Source of the DNA: Naegleria gruberi
Lineage: Eukaryota
Assembly (NCBI GenBank): GCA_000004985.1
Contig: GG738917.1
DNA: 64,000 bases
Direction: 5' to 3' (one strand)
Below the pieces are notes generated by a model that was not told the DNA's origin, searched no databases, and saw nothing but the letters and a program-made list of their open reading frames with translations. Shown piece by piece: positions 10,239-21,208 of the stretch (position 1 is the first letter of the stretch; each line of letters starts with the position of its first letter). The position numbers and the translations under genes are program-made.

Positions 10239-12023
10239 ATGAGAGCAGTTGTGAGGTTATGCCCTCATCATACTTATCCGACCAATAATAATAATAATAT
10301 TAATAATTCATTGAAGACCGGAAGGGAAACATCAGAGGTTCCCTCACCAAACTATTATTATGAAGCAACGGATTTGGAACATTTTACAGTGTATGAAAAT
10401 AATGTTAGGGAAAATGGAAAAACCTTCGAATGTAAACATATTTATGATAGCAGTGCAACACAATTTGATATTTTTGCTAATGAAGTAGTTCCGTTGATTG
10501 AGAAATGCTTTCAGGCTCAGGATTGTGCTGTTCTTTATTTCGGAAGTGATTTTGCTGGAAAACGATTTTCACTAGAAGGATTACCTGAATATCCAGGATT
10601 TTTCTATAGAACTATTGAGCTTTTATTTGACACAATAGGTAGGATTAATAATCTATTTCTGTTAACTTATCATTTAACCAGCTGGTGAGGATCCTTCAAA
10701 CAAATGTAGACTATTTTACTCTTCCTTCACTATTGAGAAGGAAACGATATTCGACAACTTGCCTAGTGATTCCAGTTCTCAAATAAAATTGAGAGATGAT
10801 AAAAAGAAAGGAATAATAGCAGAGGGTGGAACCTTAATAGAACTGTACGATATTCAACAAGCTCTTCAAGTTTATTATGAATCAACGTAAGTGGATTTTA
10901 GTTTCAAGTTACCAAATTTCTTAGATCAAAATTTTATAAATCCCTCTCCATGGGTCAGAATAAGCATTTAGTTATAAATATCAGGATTGATATTAGCAAT
11001 GCTTGCAAATCTAATTTTACAAAAGGAGAATACGGCATTTTAAGCATGGTTTCAGTTGGGAGTCCTACAATTAAACCTCAATCTTCAGTGGAAAAGAACC
11101 AAGAAATGGAAGTAGCTAATTTTTGGGTTAACCACTTAGGTAGTTGCATGAATTCATTACACAATTCTGTGAATCCCTCAATTCCATTTCACAAATCAAA
11201 ATTTACTCTTCTTCTTAGAGATTTTCTAATGAGAAACAAGGACAGCACTTCATTGTTCAATCTTAGCCCTCTTCATGAAAGTTACAAGTTTGTTGTTCAA
11301 ACTTTAACAATATGCAACAGAATATGTAAGACAACGCCAGCTAGTGTTGAAACGAAAAAGACAATAACCAAGAGCTCTGCTAAAACAAGTTCAGCCACAG
11401 AAAGGAAAACCACTAATTCAGATCTAGAAAAGAAAACTCAAGAAGTTGACGCCTTAACAAGAGAAAACAGAGAACTTTCTGATAAGATGAAGGCAATAGA
11501 GGACCAATTAAGGAAGATCCAAGAAAAACAAGAAAAGCAAACGATTCAAATTAATGCTCTATCGCCAACAAAACCAAAAGACGATGATGGATTACGGGTT
11601 TCAAAAAAGATGGCCAGACCTTCTTCTTCCAAATCGATACTGAATACGAGTGCTAGCAGCGAACTAGACAGATACAGAGAGGTAATGGAAGGAACATTAA
11701 CAAAGTTAAAAAACCAAATTAAATCATTGGAGATTGAGAACTCTGAGGTAAAGAAAGAAATGACTAAACGTGAGAATACATACAAGAAGAAAATCTCAGA
11801 GCTTGTAAATGATGTCAAAAGAGATAGTTATCAAAAGCAAATTCAAGAATTACAAACTAGAGTTGAATCACTAACAAAAACTGTACACGAGCTGAAAGCA
11901 CAAAAGAAAAACTTAACAGAAGGAGAAAAAATATACAGAACTCAGTTTGAAAAATTATCAAAAGAAAACCAAGAACTAAAACAAAAACTAGGAATAGTCT
12001 CTCATTCAATTGCTTCTAGCTGA
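10239..12023 (+). CDS. Kinesin-like protein with a degenerate (probably catalytically inactive) N-terminal motor domain plus coiled-coil stalk; join(10239..10638,10682..10886,10925..12023)
   Basis: Motor-domain landmarks are aligned but mutated. The P-loop GQTGSGKT becomes GSDFAGKR. The 'YLEIYNE..DLL' motif becomes SFTIEKETIFDNL. Switch I NxxSSRSH becomes NACKSNF. Switch II DLAGSE becomes NHLGSC. Conserved HIPYRDSKLTRLLQDSLGG becomes HKSKFTLLLRDFLMRN. Two short introns (43 nt at 10639-10681, GTAGGA..CCAG; 38 nt at 10887-10924, GTAAGT..CTTAG) join three ORF-track fragments in frame. The C-terminal ~300 aa is heptad-rich. Confidence 0.7.
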
Positions 12024-12285
12024 ATGAGGAAGAATATGAAGTCCACAGCCTAGATGATGATAGTGAATTTATGAACGAGCCTAGTGAGCTACCTCCTGAA
12101 AAATCTGATCATGAAAGAAAGTTGGAAAGAGAAGTAATTTTACTGAAGGAGGCTCTGCAGTTTGCCCTCTCTCAAAAACAATCAAATCCAAACGCTTCAC
12201 AACAGGGATCTGGATCAGTCAATCCTTTCAGGATTTCTAATGTTCAACCTCCTTTCTTGAAAAAAAAATAATTTAATAATTAAAA

Positions 12286-15200
12286 ATGATTAACGACAAC
12301 AACCAGGAACCTCCATTAACACCTTCTCAAACGCAACATAGAAGAACACAATCGGAATTCATTCAAACTTCTCAATCATCTCCACCAGACAATATAATTA
12401 ATCCATCTCCAATTTCTACTCCGATTCATTCTTCATCAACCATTGAATCCATAGAATCCGACAATAATTTCGTAACGCCAACAACTCTTATTAACAACCA
12501 AGAATCAAGTCAAAAGTCAACAACCCATCACGAAAGAAAATTTAAATCAAAACATTTTTCATTATTCGAATTAAATGGAAAGGAAGATAATAGTCACATC
12601 TACACACCTTCTTCATTGATATTTTATACTCCATCATCAAGAAAGAAATCACTTGTTGTTTCGAATAATAACAATCCAAATAATGATATTGATAATAATT
12701 TACTTTTAACACCCCGAGCTACAACAACTTCGACCGAAATGAGCTTGTCACCAACACCCAAAATGAGAACAAGCTCACTTTTTGTAAAATCACCAAATAC
12801 CAAAGAGAAATCACCTCATCAGCAAACATTGTCATTGGAAGAGTTTCCATTGCCAGATTTTTCAAGTTTGAGAAAATTTAATCATATTACTTTTGATCAA
12901 TTTGAGATAAATCAAACAAATCAACAACAAACTAAACTAGAGAATGATACAGCGGGAGTAATTGAAGAAAGTGAACTTTTGATAGAGGATGGAAAGCCTT
13001 CAAGTGTGAGGAATGAGTTTTTTCAAAGCCCTTTGCCAAGCGTAAACGAACTATTAACTCAAAATGTAGAGAAGAAGGAAAATACTGTAAATATTGGTCC
13101 TTATTCGATTTATACAGACACCGAGTATCCATTAAAATCTAATTCTAAAACCATTGAAATGGTTTTCGGTAATATTACTAAGAATTTACCTGAGAATGAA
13201 AGTGGTATTACTGATAAATACTTTTATGATGGAATTAATACCATAACAAATGAGAAAGTGAATGTAATAAGTCAATTAGTTAGTGCAGAGTTTGTAGAAA
13301 CATACAGAGAAAGATCGAAAAAGTTACTTTTAATAGATAATGTAACTGGAATAATCAGATTTTTGGACGTTGCTGAAATCCAATTGAACAAAAATAATAT
13401 TGAGTCTATCGATTTCAATACTGGAAACATTTCATCAGCTGGCTCAATATTCTACATTTTCGTAGAGCCTTGTTTATTAATGTACAAAATTATTCAAAAG
13501 ACTAAAATAGAGGAAAAGAAATTTTCTTACCCAATTTTATTAGAATGGTTGAGCCAATTATCTGATGGATTAGCAAATATTCATGAGCAACTTGAGACTG
13601 TGCATGGAAATATTGACGTGAACTCTATATTTTTCTCCAAACTTGAAGAAAGTATGAAAATAGGAAACATGCTACTTATTACACCACAAATTCTTGCAAG
13701 TGCTGATCCAATGAAATCTCCAAGTATTGACAAACCAAGTGAGAGAATGTTTGAAGCCACTTCAAATAAGCCAATATATCACTCATTTACACCTCTAGAC
13801 TTGGGAGGAGACAGGTATGGAGGTGTTTGTAGGTATGATTTTAAAACTGAAGTGTGGTTATTTGGCATCTTGATGATTACAATCATCACTATGAAAAATA
13901 TGAATGTTATCACGCATAGCTTCTTAGACAATGACCAGTCTTTTGTTTCTTCTATATTCCAGTTGATAAGTAAGCAATATAATGATAGATTTAGTGCACT
14001 TATTTGGAGATGTTGTCACTATGACCCAAGTTGCAGACCTAACATGAGAGAATTATGTCAACAACTTGCTCTTTTAAAGAAATATAGAAGTATTTCTGGA
14101 TCCACAACAACCAGTTCAACTTTCAATACCTCATTTTACGAAAATGATGTTAATCAATATCAGAAAAGATTAGACGATATTCGTGTAAACATGGAATTGG
14201 GAAGTATTTTGAGCGATTTATATGAATGTGAGGATGGAGCAAGTGAAAAACAATCTGGTAACAGATTACCAACAAGAAATAGTAACAGCTACGACATTTT
14301 ACCACTATCAAGTATGGATGGCCCAGCTGTTCTTCCCTCTCTTATTTCAATAGGTAGAACAATTATGAGATACGTTAATAAGCACTACAAAATCAAAGAC
14401 AAGAAAAAGAAGAAACTAAAATTAGCAACTATGAAAACAAAACTAATGAAAATTGCACATATACAAGAAACAGAAGTTGATAACAGAAGATCTAGTAAAA
14501 AAACCTTGGAGGAAGAGTTGAAATTGAGAAACCACACCAGAGTCTTTGAACATCAAGAAGAGGTAGATCTCAAAATACTCCAAGCTAAAATTGCCAATCA
14601 ATACTCAATAATTTCAGTAATTGGGAGTGGTAGTCAGGGAACTGTCATCAAAGCATTCGATAGCCAAAATAATAGATTTGTAGCAATCAAACGTATTAGA
14701 ATGAAGGATAATAATGATACCATGTTGGCCTCCAAAGAAATTTCAGCCATGTTCTCACTCAATGACAATGATAACATTTGTAAAATTTACAACTGGTTTA
14801 TTTATTGTGAGAATAGAGAAGATAAGAAAATAATTACCTCAGAAAATCTTTCAGATAGTGAGGATGAGCATGATTTTGATGAGGAAGATGACGAGGAGGA
14901 TGAGTACGATTTCAAGGATTATGCTAACGAGACTTGGTACATTGGAATTGTAATGGAATATTGTTCTGAAGGAGATTTGAGAAAAGCCATGAGATACTGT
15001 AGAGAATGCAATACTTACTTTAAAAATTCAACAGTTAAAAAGTGGCTCAATGAGTTGATTTGTGCAACAGATTATATTCATAGAAGAAATTTAATGCACA
15101 GGGATATTTCTACAAAGAATATTTTCCTTCATAGCAACACTGAATTACAACCATCTAGCACATTAATTGGAACACCTCCATCATATTTTGACGCTTGTCA

Positions 15201-16421
15201 TGTAAAAATTGGAGATATGGGACTTTCCATAAAGTTAGAAGAACTCAATAGAAATAACTCGGCTTGGGGAACCAGACGATGGATGGCACCTGTAAGTAAT
15301 TATCAATTAATATTTCTAAAATCTCAATATAGGAGCAACGGTTGGGTAAAAGATATGACTCTACTGTGGATATTTGGAGTTTAGGATGTATTGCATTAGA
15401 AATGGTTTTACAATATTCGTATTCGATGGTTGTAAAGTCAAGTAATTCAATGGACAATATGGATCATGATATGAGACATGTGGACTATTATCAAGAAATT
15501 AAGAATAATCCTAACTTTTTGAATGATATACTAAGACCACTGGAGTCATACTATGATGACAATATAATAGAATTCATTAAAAAGTGCCTTGTTATTGAAC
15601 CATGGAAACGAGCCAAGGCTCAACAATTATATGGCCTACTCAATCAAGATATTAGATCAGTGGAGAACGCTGAGGTTCACTATGACCAGAGCCTTGAAGA
15701 GTTTCATCCATCTCCCTTCTCTGTGGAAAAGAAAGGATTGGAACAACTCCATGCAGCAACACCCACCGCTGCCAATATCCCTAACAAATTAATTGAAAAT
15801 GCAAGTCTAAGTAACTTGGCGCTCTTACAAAACGAAAGGGATAAAGTGAATGCATTGATAGAGAAAGTAGAAGAATCACAAAGTATTCGTAAAATATCCA
15901 ATCCAGTATTTATAGAGCTTGGAGCTGATAACAAAAAATATACTAAACCAGAACCAAAAGCAACCCACAAACTAACATCCACCATGACAATCGAAAGTAG
16001 AAATGTTCTCACAAGCCATGGATTAAGCACATTTTTCAAAGAAATTGAAGTTGAAGAAAATCATGAAAAAGAAAGCCAATCACTGAAAGACCACAATGAA
16101 TCCTCATCAAGCAATAATGAAATGCTTCCAGAAGAATTTTCCACACAAGTTAAAAGAGGTCATGAAAAGTCACTCCACAAACTCTTGCAAAAATCAATAT
16201 CTGATTGGACAACAAACGATGTAGGAATTTGGCTCATTTCAATTGATTTTAGCAAATTTGTTGAGAATTTTCAATCTCAGAATATTACCGGAAGAGCTTT
16301 ATTGTTAATAAGAGAAGAAGATATGAAAGATGTGGGTGTAGTTAAATTGGGAGACAAACTTTTATTGTGGAACATGATTCAGAATTTAAGACAACTTCAC
16401 GATAGAAAGCAAAAGAAATAA
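12286..16421 (+). CDS. Large Ser/Thr protein kinase: N-terminal low-complexity region, pseudokinase-like domain, active kinase domain, C-terminal SAM domain; join(12286..15291,15333..16421)
   Basis: Active kinase motifs: GSGSQGTV, VAIK, HRDISTKN, DMG, then GTRRWMAP|EQRLGKRYDSTVDIWSLGC restored by a 41-nt intron 15292-15332 (GTAAGT..TATAG). The upstream domain has a degenerate C-lobe (HGNIDVNSIFF, DLGG, KTEVWLFGILM, CHYDPSCRPNMREL). The C-terminal DWTTNDVGIWL..LGDKLLLWNMIQNL is SAM-like. Confidence 0.75.
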
Positions 16422-16442
16422 AAGTCCAGGCTATTCTAGAAT

Positions 16443-16469
16443 GGCGCCAAATATCTAATCTTTCCCGCC
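16443..16469. promoter_or_regulatory. Two E2F-like motifs (TTTGGCGCC on minus at 16443-16451; TTTCCCGCC at 16461-16469), ~180-200 bp upstream of the SMC3 ATG
   Basis: Both fit the E2F consensus TTTSSCGC, read from the sequence. SMC3/cohesin genes are classic E2F targets in other eukaryotes. Confidence 0.3.
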
Positions 16470-16646
16470 ACATTTAAAAAAAATTCAACACAAAAAAATA
16501 CCATCATATCAAACACCTGGATCATCTTTCCGCTTGTTAAAAAGACTATCATCATCTTTTGATAATCATCAATAACCTAGATAGTACGAGCGGCCCAGGA
16601 AAAACAACAACAACACTAATTTATTATTTAAACAACACATATAACA

Positions 16647-19600
16647 ATGCACATTAAATCTGTAACGATACAAGGCTTTAAATCATATCGTGATCAAACT
16701 TTCACTTCACAAGAATTTTCAGCCTCACAGAATATAATCGTTGGTAGAAACGGTAGTGGTAAATCCAACTTTTTCAGTGCCATCTCGTTCGTACTGAGTG
16801 AAAAGTTTAGTAAACTCAGAAGCGAAGAAAGACAAGCCTTTTTGCATGAAGGTACAGGTAGAGGTGTCATTTCTGCCTTTGTTGAAATTGTTTTTGACAA
16901 TTCTGACAACAGATTACCAACAGATAGCAAAGAAGTGGCTATTAGAAGAACCATTGGTTTAAAGAAAGACGAATATAGAATTGATGGCAAAGCTGTGACA
17001 CAACGTGAAGTATTTAATTTATTGGAATCTGCTGGTCTCAGTTCAAGTAATCCATACTATATTGTAGAACAAGGTAAAGTCTCTAGTTTGACAACTATGA
17101 AGGATGCGGAAAGACTTGAATTGTTAAAAGAAATTGCGGGAACTAAAGTTTACGATCAAAAGAGAGCAGAATCATTAACAATCATGAAAGATACTGAACA
17201 AAAGAAACAAAAAATTGATGAAGTTATTGAATATGTACAAGGTCGTCTTGATGAACTAGAGCAAGAAAAAGAAGAACTTAAAGAATTCCAAAAGCTTGAC
17301 AAGGATAGAAGATGTGTAGAATATGCCATTTTCGAACAAGAACTAAGCGAAGCAACTAAAAATTTAGAAGAAATAGAAAAAGCTAGAGAAAGTCAACATA
17401 CCCTCGCTAATCAATTGCATATGGACAAGATGCATTTACAACAAAAACTAAAGGACTACGAAAGGGATATTAAAACTGCTAAACTTCAAAAGGATACTAA
17501 GCAAAAAGAAAAAGAAATTTTAGAAAGTGAAAGACAAGACTTAATCAGACAAAGAACTAAGGTTGACCTAGAATTAAAAGACTACCAACAATTACATAAA
17601 GATGATGAAAGCACTCGTAATGACTTTGAAGAAGAACTTAGGGAAATAGATGAAAAGATCAATGATTTGAACTCACAATTGAATGATGAACTGATTCCAC
17701 AATTAGATTTATTGGTTAGAGAAGAAAAGGAAATTTCTGATAAATTACAACAAAGTGAAAGAAGAATGAACGAACTTTTGAGTATCCAAGGTAGAAAGAA
17801 TAAGTTTGATAATGTAAAAGACAGAAACAAATGGTTAACTGAAGAAATTAACAAATTAGAAAAAGTTAACGCAAGTTATGATGAACAAATTACAACAAGA
17901 ACTTCTGATGTTAAAAAACTTAAAGAAGCACTTTCTACCTATGAAAGAACTATTCAAGAAAAGGAAAAATCATTCTCTGACAATAGAAAGAAAATTGAAC
18001 AATACCAAAGAAATTATGTAAACTTAAAGGATCGTAGAGATAATCTTACCAATCAAAAGAAAGAATTATGGAAGGAACAAAATGATGTTGAAAAGGAAAC
18101 ACAAAGACTTCAAGACGAACTTGTCAGAGCTGAAAGAAAGTTAGATATGACTTTCCCAAAGTCTATTTCATCTGGTGTTCGTTCTGTAAATACTATCAAA
18201 AAGGAAAGAAATCTCTCTGGAGTTTATGGTACAGTTATTGAATTAATTAGATGTGATCCAAAATACCATAGAGCTGTTGAAGTTACTGCTGGAAATTCTC
18301 TCTACCATGTTGTTGTAGAAAATGAAAAAGTTTCTGGTGATATCATCAAAATTATGAATGAAAGTAATGCTCCTGGTAGAGTTACCTTTATCCCACTCAA
18401 CAGATTAAAAGCTTTGGACAGTGATGACAGTATTGGTACATCTGAATTCATTCCTCTTTGGAAGAAGATCGATGCTGATTCAAAGTTTAATGAAGTTGTC
18501 AAGAGTTTGTTTGGAAAGACTTTCTGTACCAAAACATTGGAAGATGGCGCTCAATTTGCTAAAGATCACAATGTAAACTGTGTAACTCTTGCTGGTGATC
18601 AAGCTAATAGAAAGGGTACTCTTACTGGTGGTTATATTGAACAAAAACAATCCAGATTAGATTGTTGGAAACAAATCAAGGATTTGAGAAAGACATATTC
18701 TGAAAGCTTTGATAAGTCCAAGAAGATTAAGGCTTCAATTGCCACTCTCGAAGAACAACTCAACAGTTGTATTACTGATTTACACAAGGTTGAATCTGAA
18801 GTTCACAACTCTAAGAATACCATTCAATACGAACAACAAGAAATTCACAACCTTACTGTAAGAAGAGATCTTATCAAGGACAATCTTCGTTCAAACGAAG
18901 AATTGTTGGAGAAGGTCAAATCTATCCTCTCTTCCAACAAGGAAACCATCGAATCATACACCAAGGAAAAGGATTTACCACTAGATGCTACACTCAACTC
19001 TAGAGAAAAGCAAGAACTTGAAAAGTTATCAAAGTCTGTTACTGAACTGACAACCAAGTTACAAGGTGTCTCCAAGAACAGATTAGAAAAAGAAACCAAG
19101 AAAGAAAGTCTTAGAATTCAATTGACTACAAACTATATTCCAAGAAAGTCCGAACTTCAAGTCTTGATAGAAACTCTCCCAACAGATAATTCTATTTCAT
19201 CCTCTCATCAAACTTTAATGCAACTCCAAACTGAGAAGCAAGTTACAGAAGAAAGAATTAAAGATACAACTGAATCAGTTAAGAGACTTGATCAAGAAAT
19301 TGATGAGTTGGGCGAAACCATCAGAAATAAGCAAGAACAATTGGAAACTGAAAAGTCTGAAGAAACAAAGAAATTACAAACTCTTCAAGAAAAGGCCAGT
19401 TCTCTTGAAAAACTTCTCAACAAGAAGAAGATTTGGTCTCAAAAGAAGGAAGAATGTATTAAACAAATCAAAGAATTGGGAACCCTTCCATCAGACTTTA
19501 GAAAATATCTTGAAACTGATCAAAAGTTATTGCTCAAGAAATTGCACAATACCAACGAAAAGCTGAAGAAATTCGGTCATGTCAACAAGAAGGCTCTTGA

Positions 19601-20339
19601 TCAATACGAACAATTCAGTAATCAAAAGGAAGAATTCCTGGAAAAGAAGAGTGAACTTGATAGCAGTGCTAAAGCAATTAATGAACTTATCCAAGTTTTA
19701 GATAAGAGAAAGGATGAAGCAATTGTAAGAACATTTAAGCAGGTACAAAAAAACTTCCAAGAAATTTTCCAAAATCTTGTTCCAGGTGGTCATGCTTCTC
19801 TGTCTATGAAATATAGAAATGGTGAAGATGAAGAAGAGGAAGAAGAAGAAGATGAAGAAGCAAAGGAAGTTGAACAATATGCTGGTGTTTCCATCAAGGT
19901 CTCTTTCATGTCAAGTGGTGACTCTGAAGAAGATCAATCATACCATCTCATGCAACAGCTTTCAGGTGGTCAAAAGTCACTTGTAGCTCTCTGTCTTATT
20001 TTTGCTATCCAACGTTGTGACCCTGCACCATTCTATTTATTCGACGAAATTGATGCTGCTCTCGATCCTGCCTACAGAACATCCGTTGCCAATATGATTG
20101 ATACTCTTTCAACGAAGGAAAAGATTCAATTTATTACAGCAACGTTCAAACCAGAAGTTTTAGAAACAGCTGAAAACTTTTATGGTATTTCATTCAAGAA
20201 TAAGGTTTCTTCAATCAAATTGATTTCAAAGAACGAAGCTCTCAAAGTTTTGCAAGAAGAAGAAAGACTAGGTGGCAATCCTCAAGAAATTGAAAGACCA
20301 TCGTCACCTGCAAAAGTTGATGAAATGGAAGATGAATAA
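16647..20339 (+). CDS. SMC3: Structural maintenance of chromosomes protein 3 (cohesin SMC3)
   Basis: 1230-aa single ORF. N-terminal Walker A (IVGRNGSGKSNFF); VEIVFDNSDNRLP; long coiled coils flanking a hinge; C-terminal ABC signature/Walker B/D-loop (QQLSGGQKSLVALCLIFAIQRCDPAPFYLFDEIDAALD); FITATFKPEVLE. Many segments match SMC3 rather than SMC1/2/4. Confidence 0.9.
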   Translation: MHIKSVTIQGFKSYRDQTFTSQEFSASQNIIVGRNGSGKSNFFSAISFVLSEKFSKLRSEERQAFLHEGTGRGVISAFVEIVFDNSDNRLPTDSKEVAIRRTIGLKKDEYRIDGKAVTQREVFNLLESAGLSSSNPYYIVEQGKVSSLTTMKDAERLELLKEIAGTKVYDQKRAESLTIMKDTEQKKQKIDEVIEYVQGRLDELEQEKEELKEFQKLDKDRRCVEYAIFEQELSEATKNLEEIEKARESQHTLANQLHMDKMHLQQKLKDYERDIKTAKLQKDTKQKEKEILESERQDLIRQRTKVDLELKDYQQLHKDDESTRNDFEEELREIDEKINDLNSQLNDELIPQLDLLVREEKEISDKLQQSERRMNELLSIQGRKNKFDNVKDRNKWLTEEINKLEKVNASYDEQITTRTSDVKKLKEALSTYERTIQEKEKSFSDNRKKIEQYQRNYVNLKDRRDNLTNQKKELWKEQNDVEKETQRLQDELVRAERKLDMTFPKSISSGVRSVNTIKKERNLSGVYGTVIELIRCDPKYHRAVEVTAGNSLYHVVVENEKVSGDIIKIMNESNAPGRVTFIPLNRLKALDSDDSIGTSEFIPLWKKIDADSKFNEVVKSLFGKTFCTKTLEDGAQFAKDHNVNCVTLAGDQANRKGTLTGGYIEQKQSRLDCWKQIKDLRKTYSESFDKSKKIKASIATLEEQLNSCITDLHKVESEVHNSKNTIQYEQQEIHNLTVRRDLIKDNLRSNEELLEKVKSILSSNKETIESYTKEKDLPLDATLNSREKQELEKLSKSVTELTTKLQGVSKNRLEKETKKESLRIQLTTNYIPRKSELQVLIETLPTDNSISSSHQTLMQLQTEKQVTEERIKDTTESVKRLDQEIDELGETIRNKQEQLETEKSEETKKLQTLQEKASSLEKLLNKKKIWSQKKEECIKQIKELGTLPSDFRKYLETDQKLLLKKLHNTNEKLKKFGHVNKKALDQYEQFSNQKEEFLEKKSELDSSAKAINELIQVLDKRKDEAIVRTFKQVQKNFQEIFQNLVPGGHASLSMKYRNGEDEEEEEEEDEEAKEVEQYAGVSIKVSFMSSGDSEEDQSYHLMQQLSGGQKSLVALCLIFAIQRCDPAPFYLFDEIDAALDPAYRTSVANMIDTLSTKEKIQFITATFKPEVLETAENFYGISFKNKVSSIKLISKNEALKVLQEEERLGGNPQEIERPSSPAKVDEMEDE

Positions 20340-20556
20340 CTTTGTTTTCTTTTACTTTTTAAATAAATTATTTGTAAATATTTACTTCAGTGATGCTCTG
20401 TCATAATCATATTTCTTATCCCGTTTCCATGATCAGTAAAATTCCAAGCAAACGACGCTTTTGGTGAATAAAATTACTAAGCTTTGATTCCAACAAATAT
20501 TTCTTGTTGAAGATTTAAGGCTCAACTTTTTCATTAACTCAAATTTTGTAAAAAAA

Positions 20557-20964
20557 ATGACTAGAAAACCAACATCTACTAAGACATGTACCATCAAAAA
20601 GAATAGACCATCATCTTCTCAAACTCTACATGATGAAAAGGTAGATATCTTCTTTGGTTTGGTATTTCCAAATGATTCACTCCCGTTATCAAGGGTTCTC
20701 TTGAATCAGAAATTAAAGATTCAGAAAAAAAGATCCAACAATTAGAACAAAAGGTTAGCCACGTTGCTCCTAAAGTTATAAGAGAATATATTCAATGTTT
20801 GCAAGCAGTACAACATATGTTCGTAAGGAAGATATTGAACATTTAGATGTTTTACAAAAAATAATTCCTTACTGACAGCTCTGTTTCAGGAGACGAATAT
20901 GTTGCATGGTTCAATTCATTGTTCTACCGTCAAACAGATTAACCACATACAGACATATTTGTAG
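20557..20964 (+). CDS. Putative small coiled-coil protein with ~3 exons (tentative): join(20557..20640,20694..~20820,20890..20964)
   Basis: ATG 20557. The candidate introns are GTAGAT..ATCAAG, and GTAAGG..TTTCAG containing a TTACTGAC branch-like motif. Alternative splice phases are possible, so the structure is unresolved. Confidence 0.2.
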
Positions 20965-21053
20965 CCCTTATACTTGGCGGTTAAATTAAATATTATGGAA
21001 AAATGCTCAGTACAAGATCATCTTACACCTTATGAAATTACCGAATATCTCGT

Positions 21054-21103
21054 NNNNNNNNNNNNNNNNNNNNNNNNNNNNNNNNNNNNNNNNNNNNNNN
21101 NNN
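21054..21103. other. Assembly gap (50 N)
   Basis: Run of N. Confidence 0.99.
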
Positions 21104-21208
21104 TTAACTCTTGAATGAATATGAATAAATTAGTCTTAGGATTCAGAAAATTGTTTCGTTAGTAAAATGTCAAAATTGTTTGTTTTTGAGGAGTAGGTAA
21201 CAATTAAA

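Noticed and set aside
12000-12071. 23-nt GT..AG segments (GTCTCTCATTCAATTGCTTCTAG at the kinesin 3' end; GTATGCTGTTCAAATTTTATTAG in the 7TM-RGS gene at about 28620) that would each repair a frame change
   Set aside because: 23 nt is far below the 38-116 nt range of all well-supported introns here. With many candidate GT/AG pairs in an overlap region, such matches are expected by chance. Frameshift or true stop is more parsimonious. Kept only as a note inside the relevant findings.
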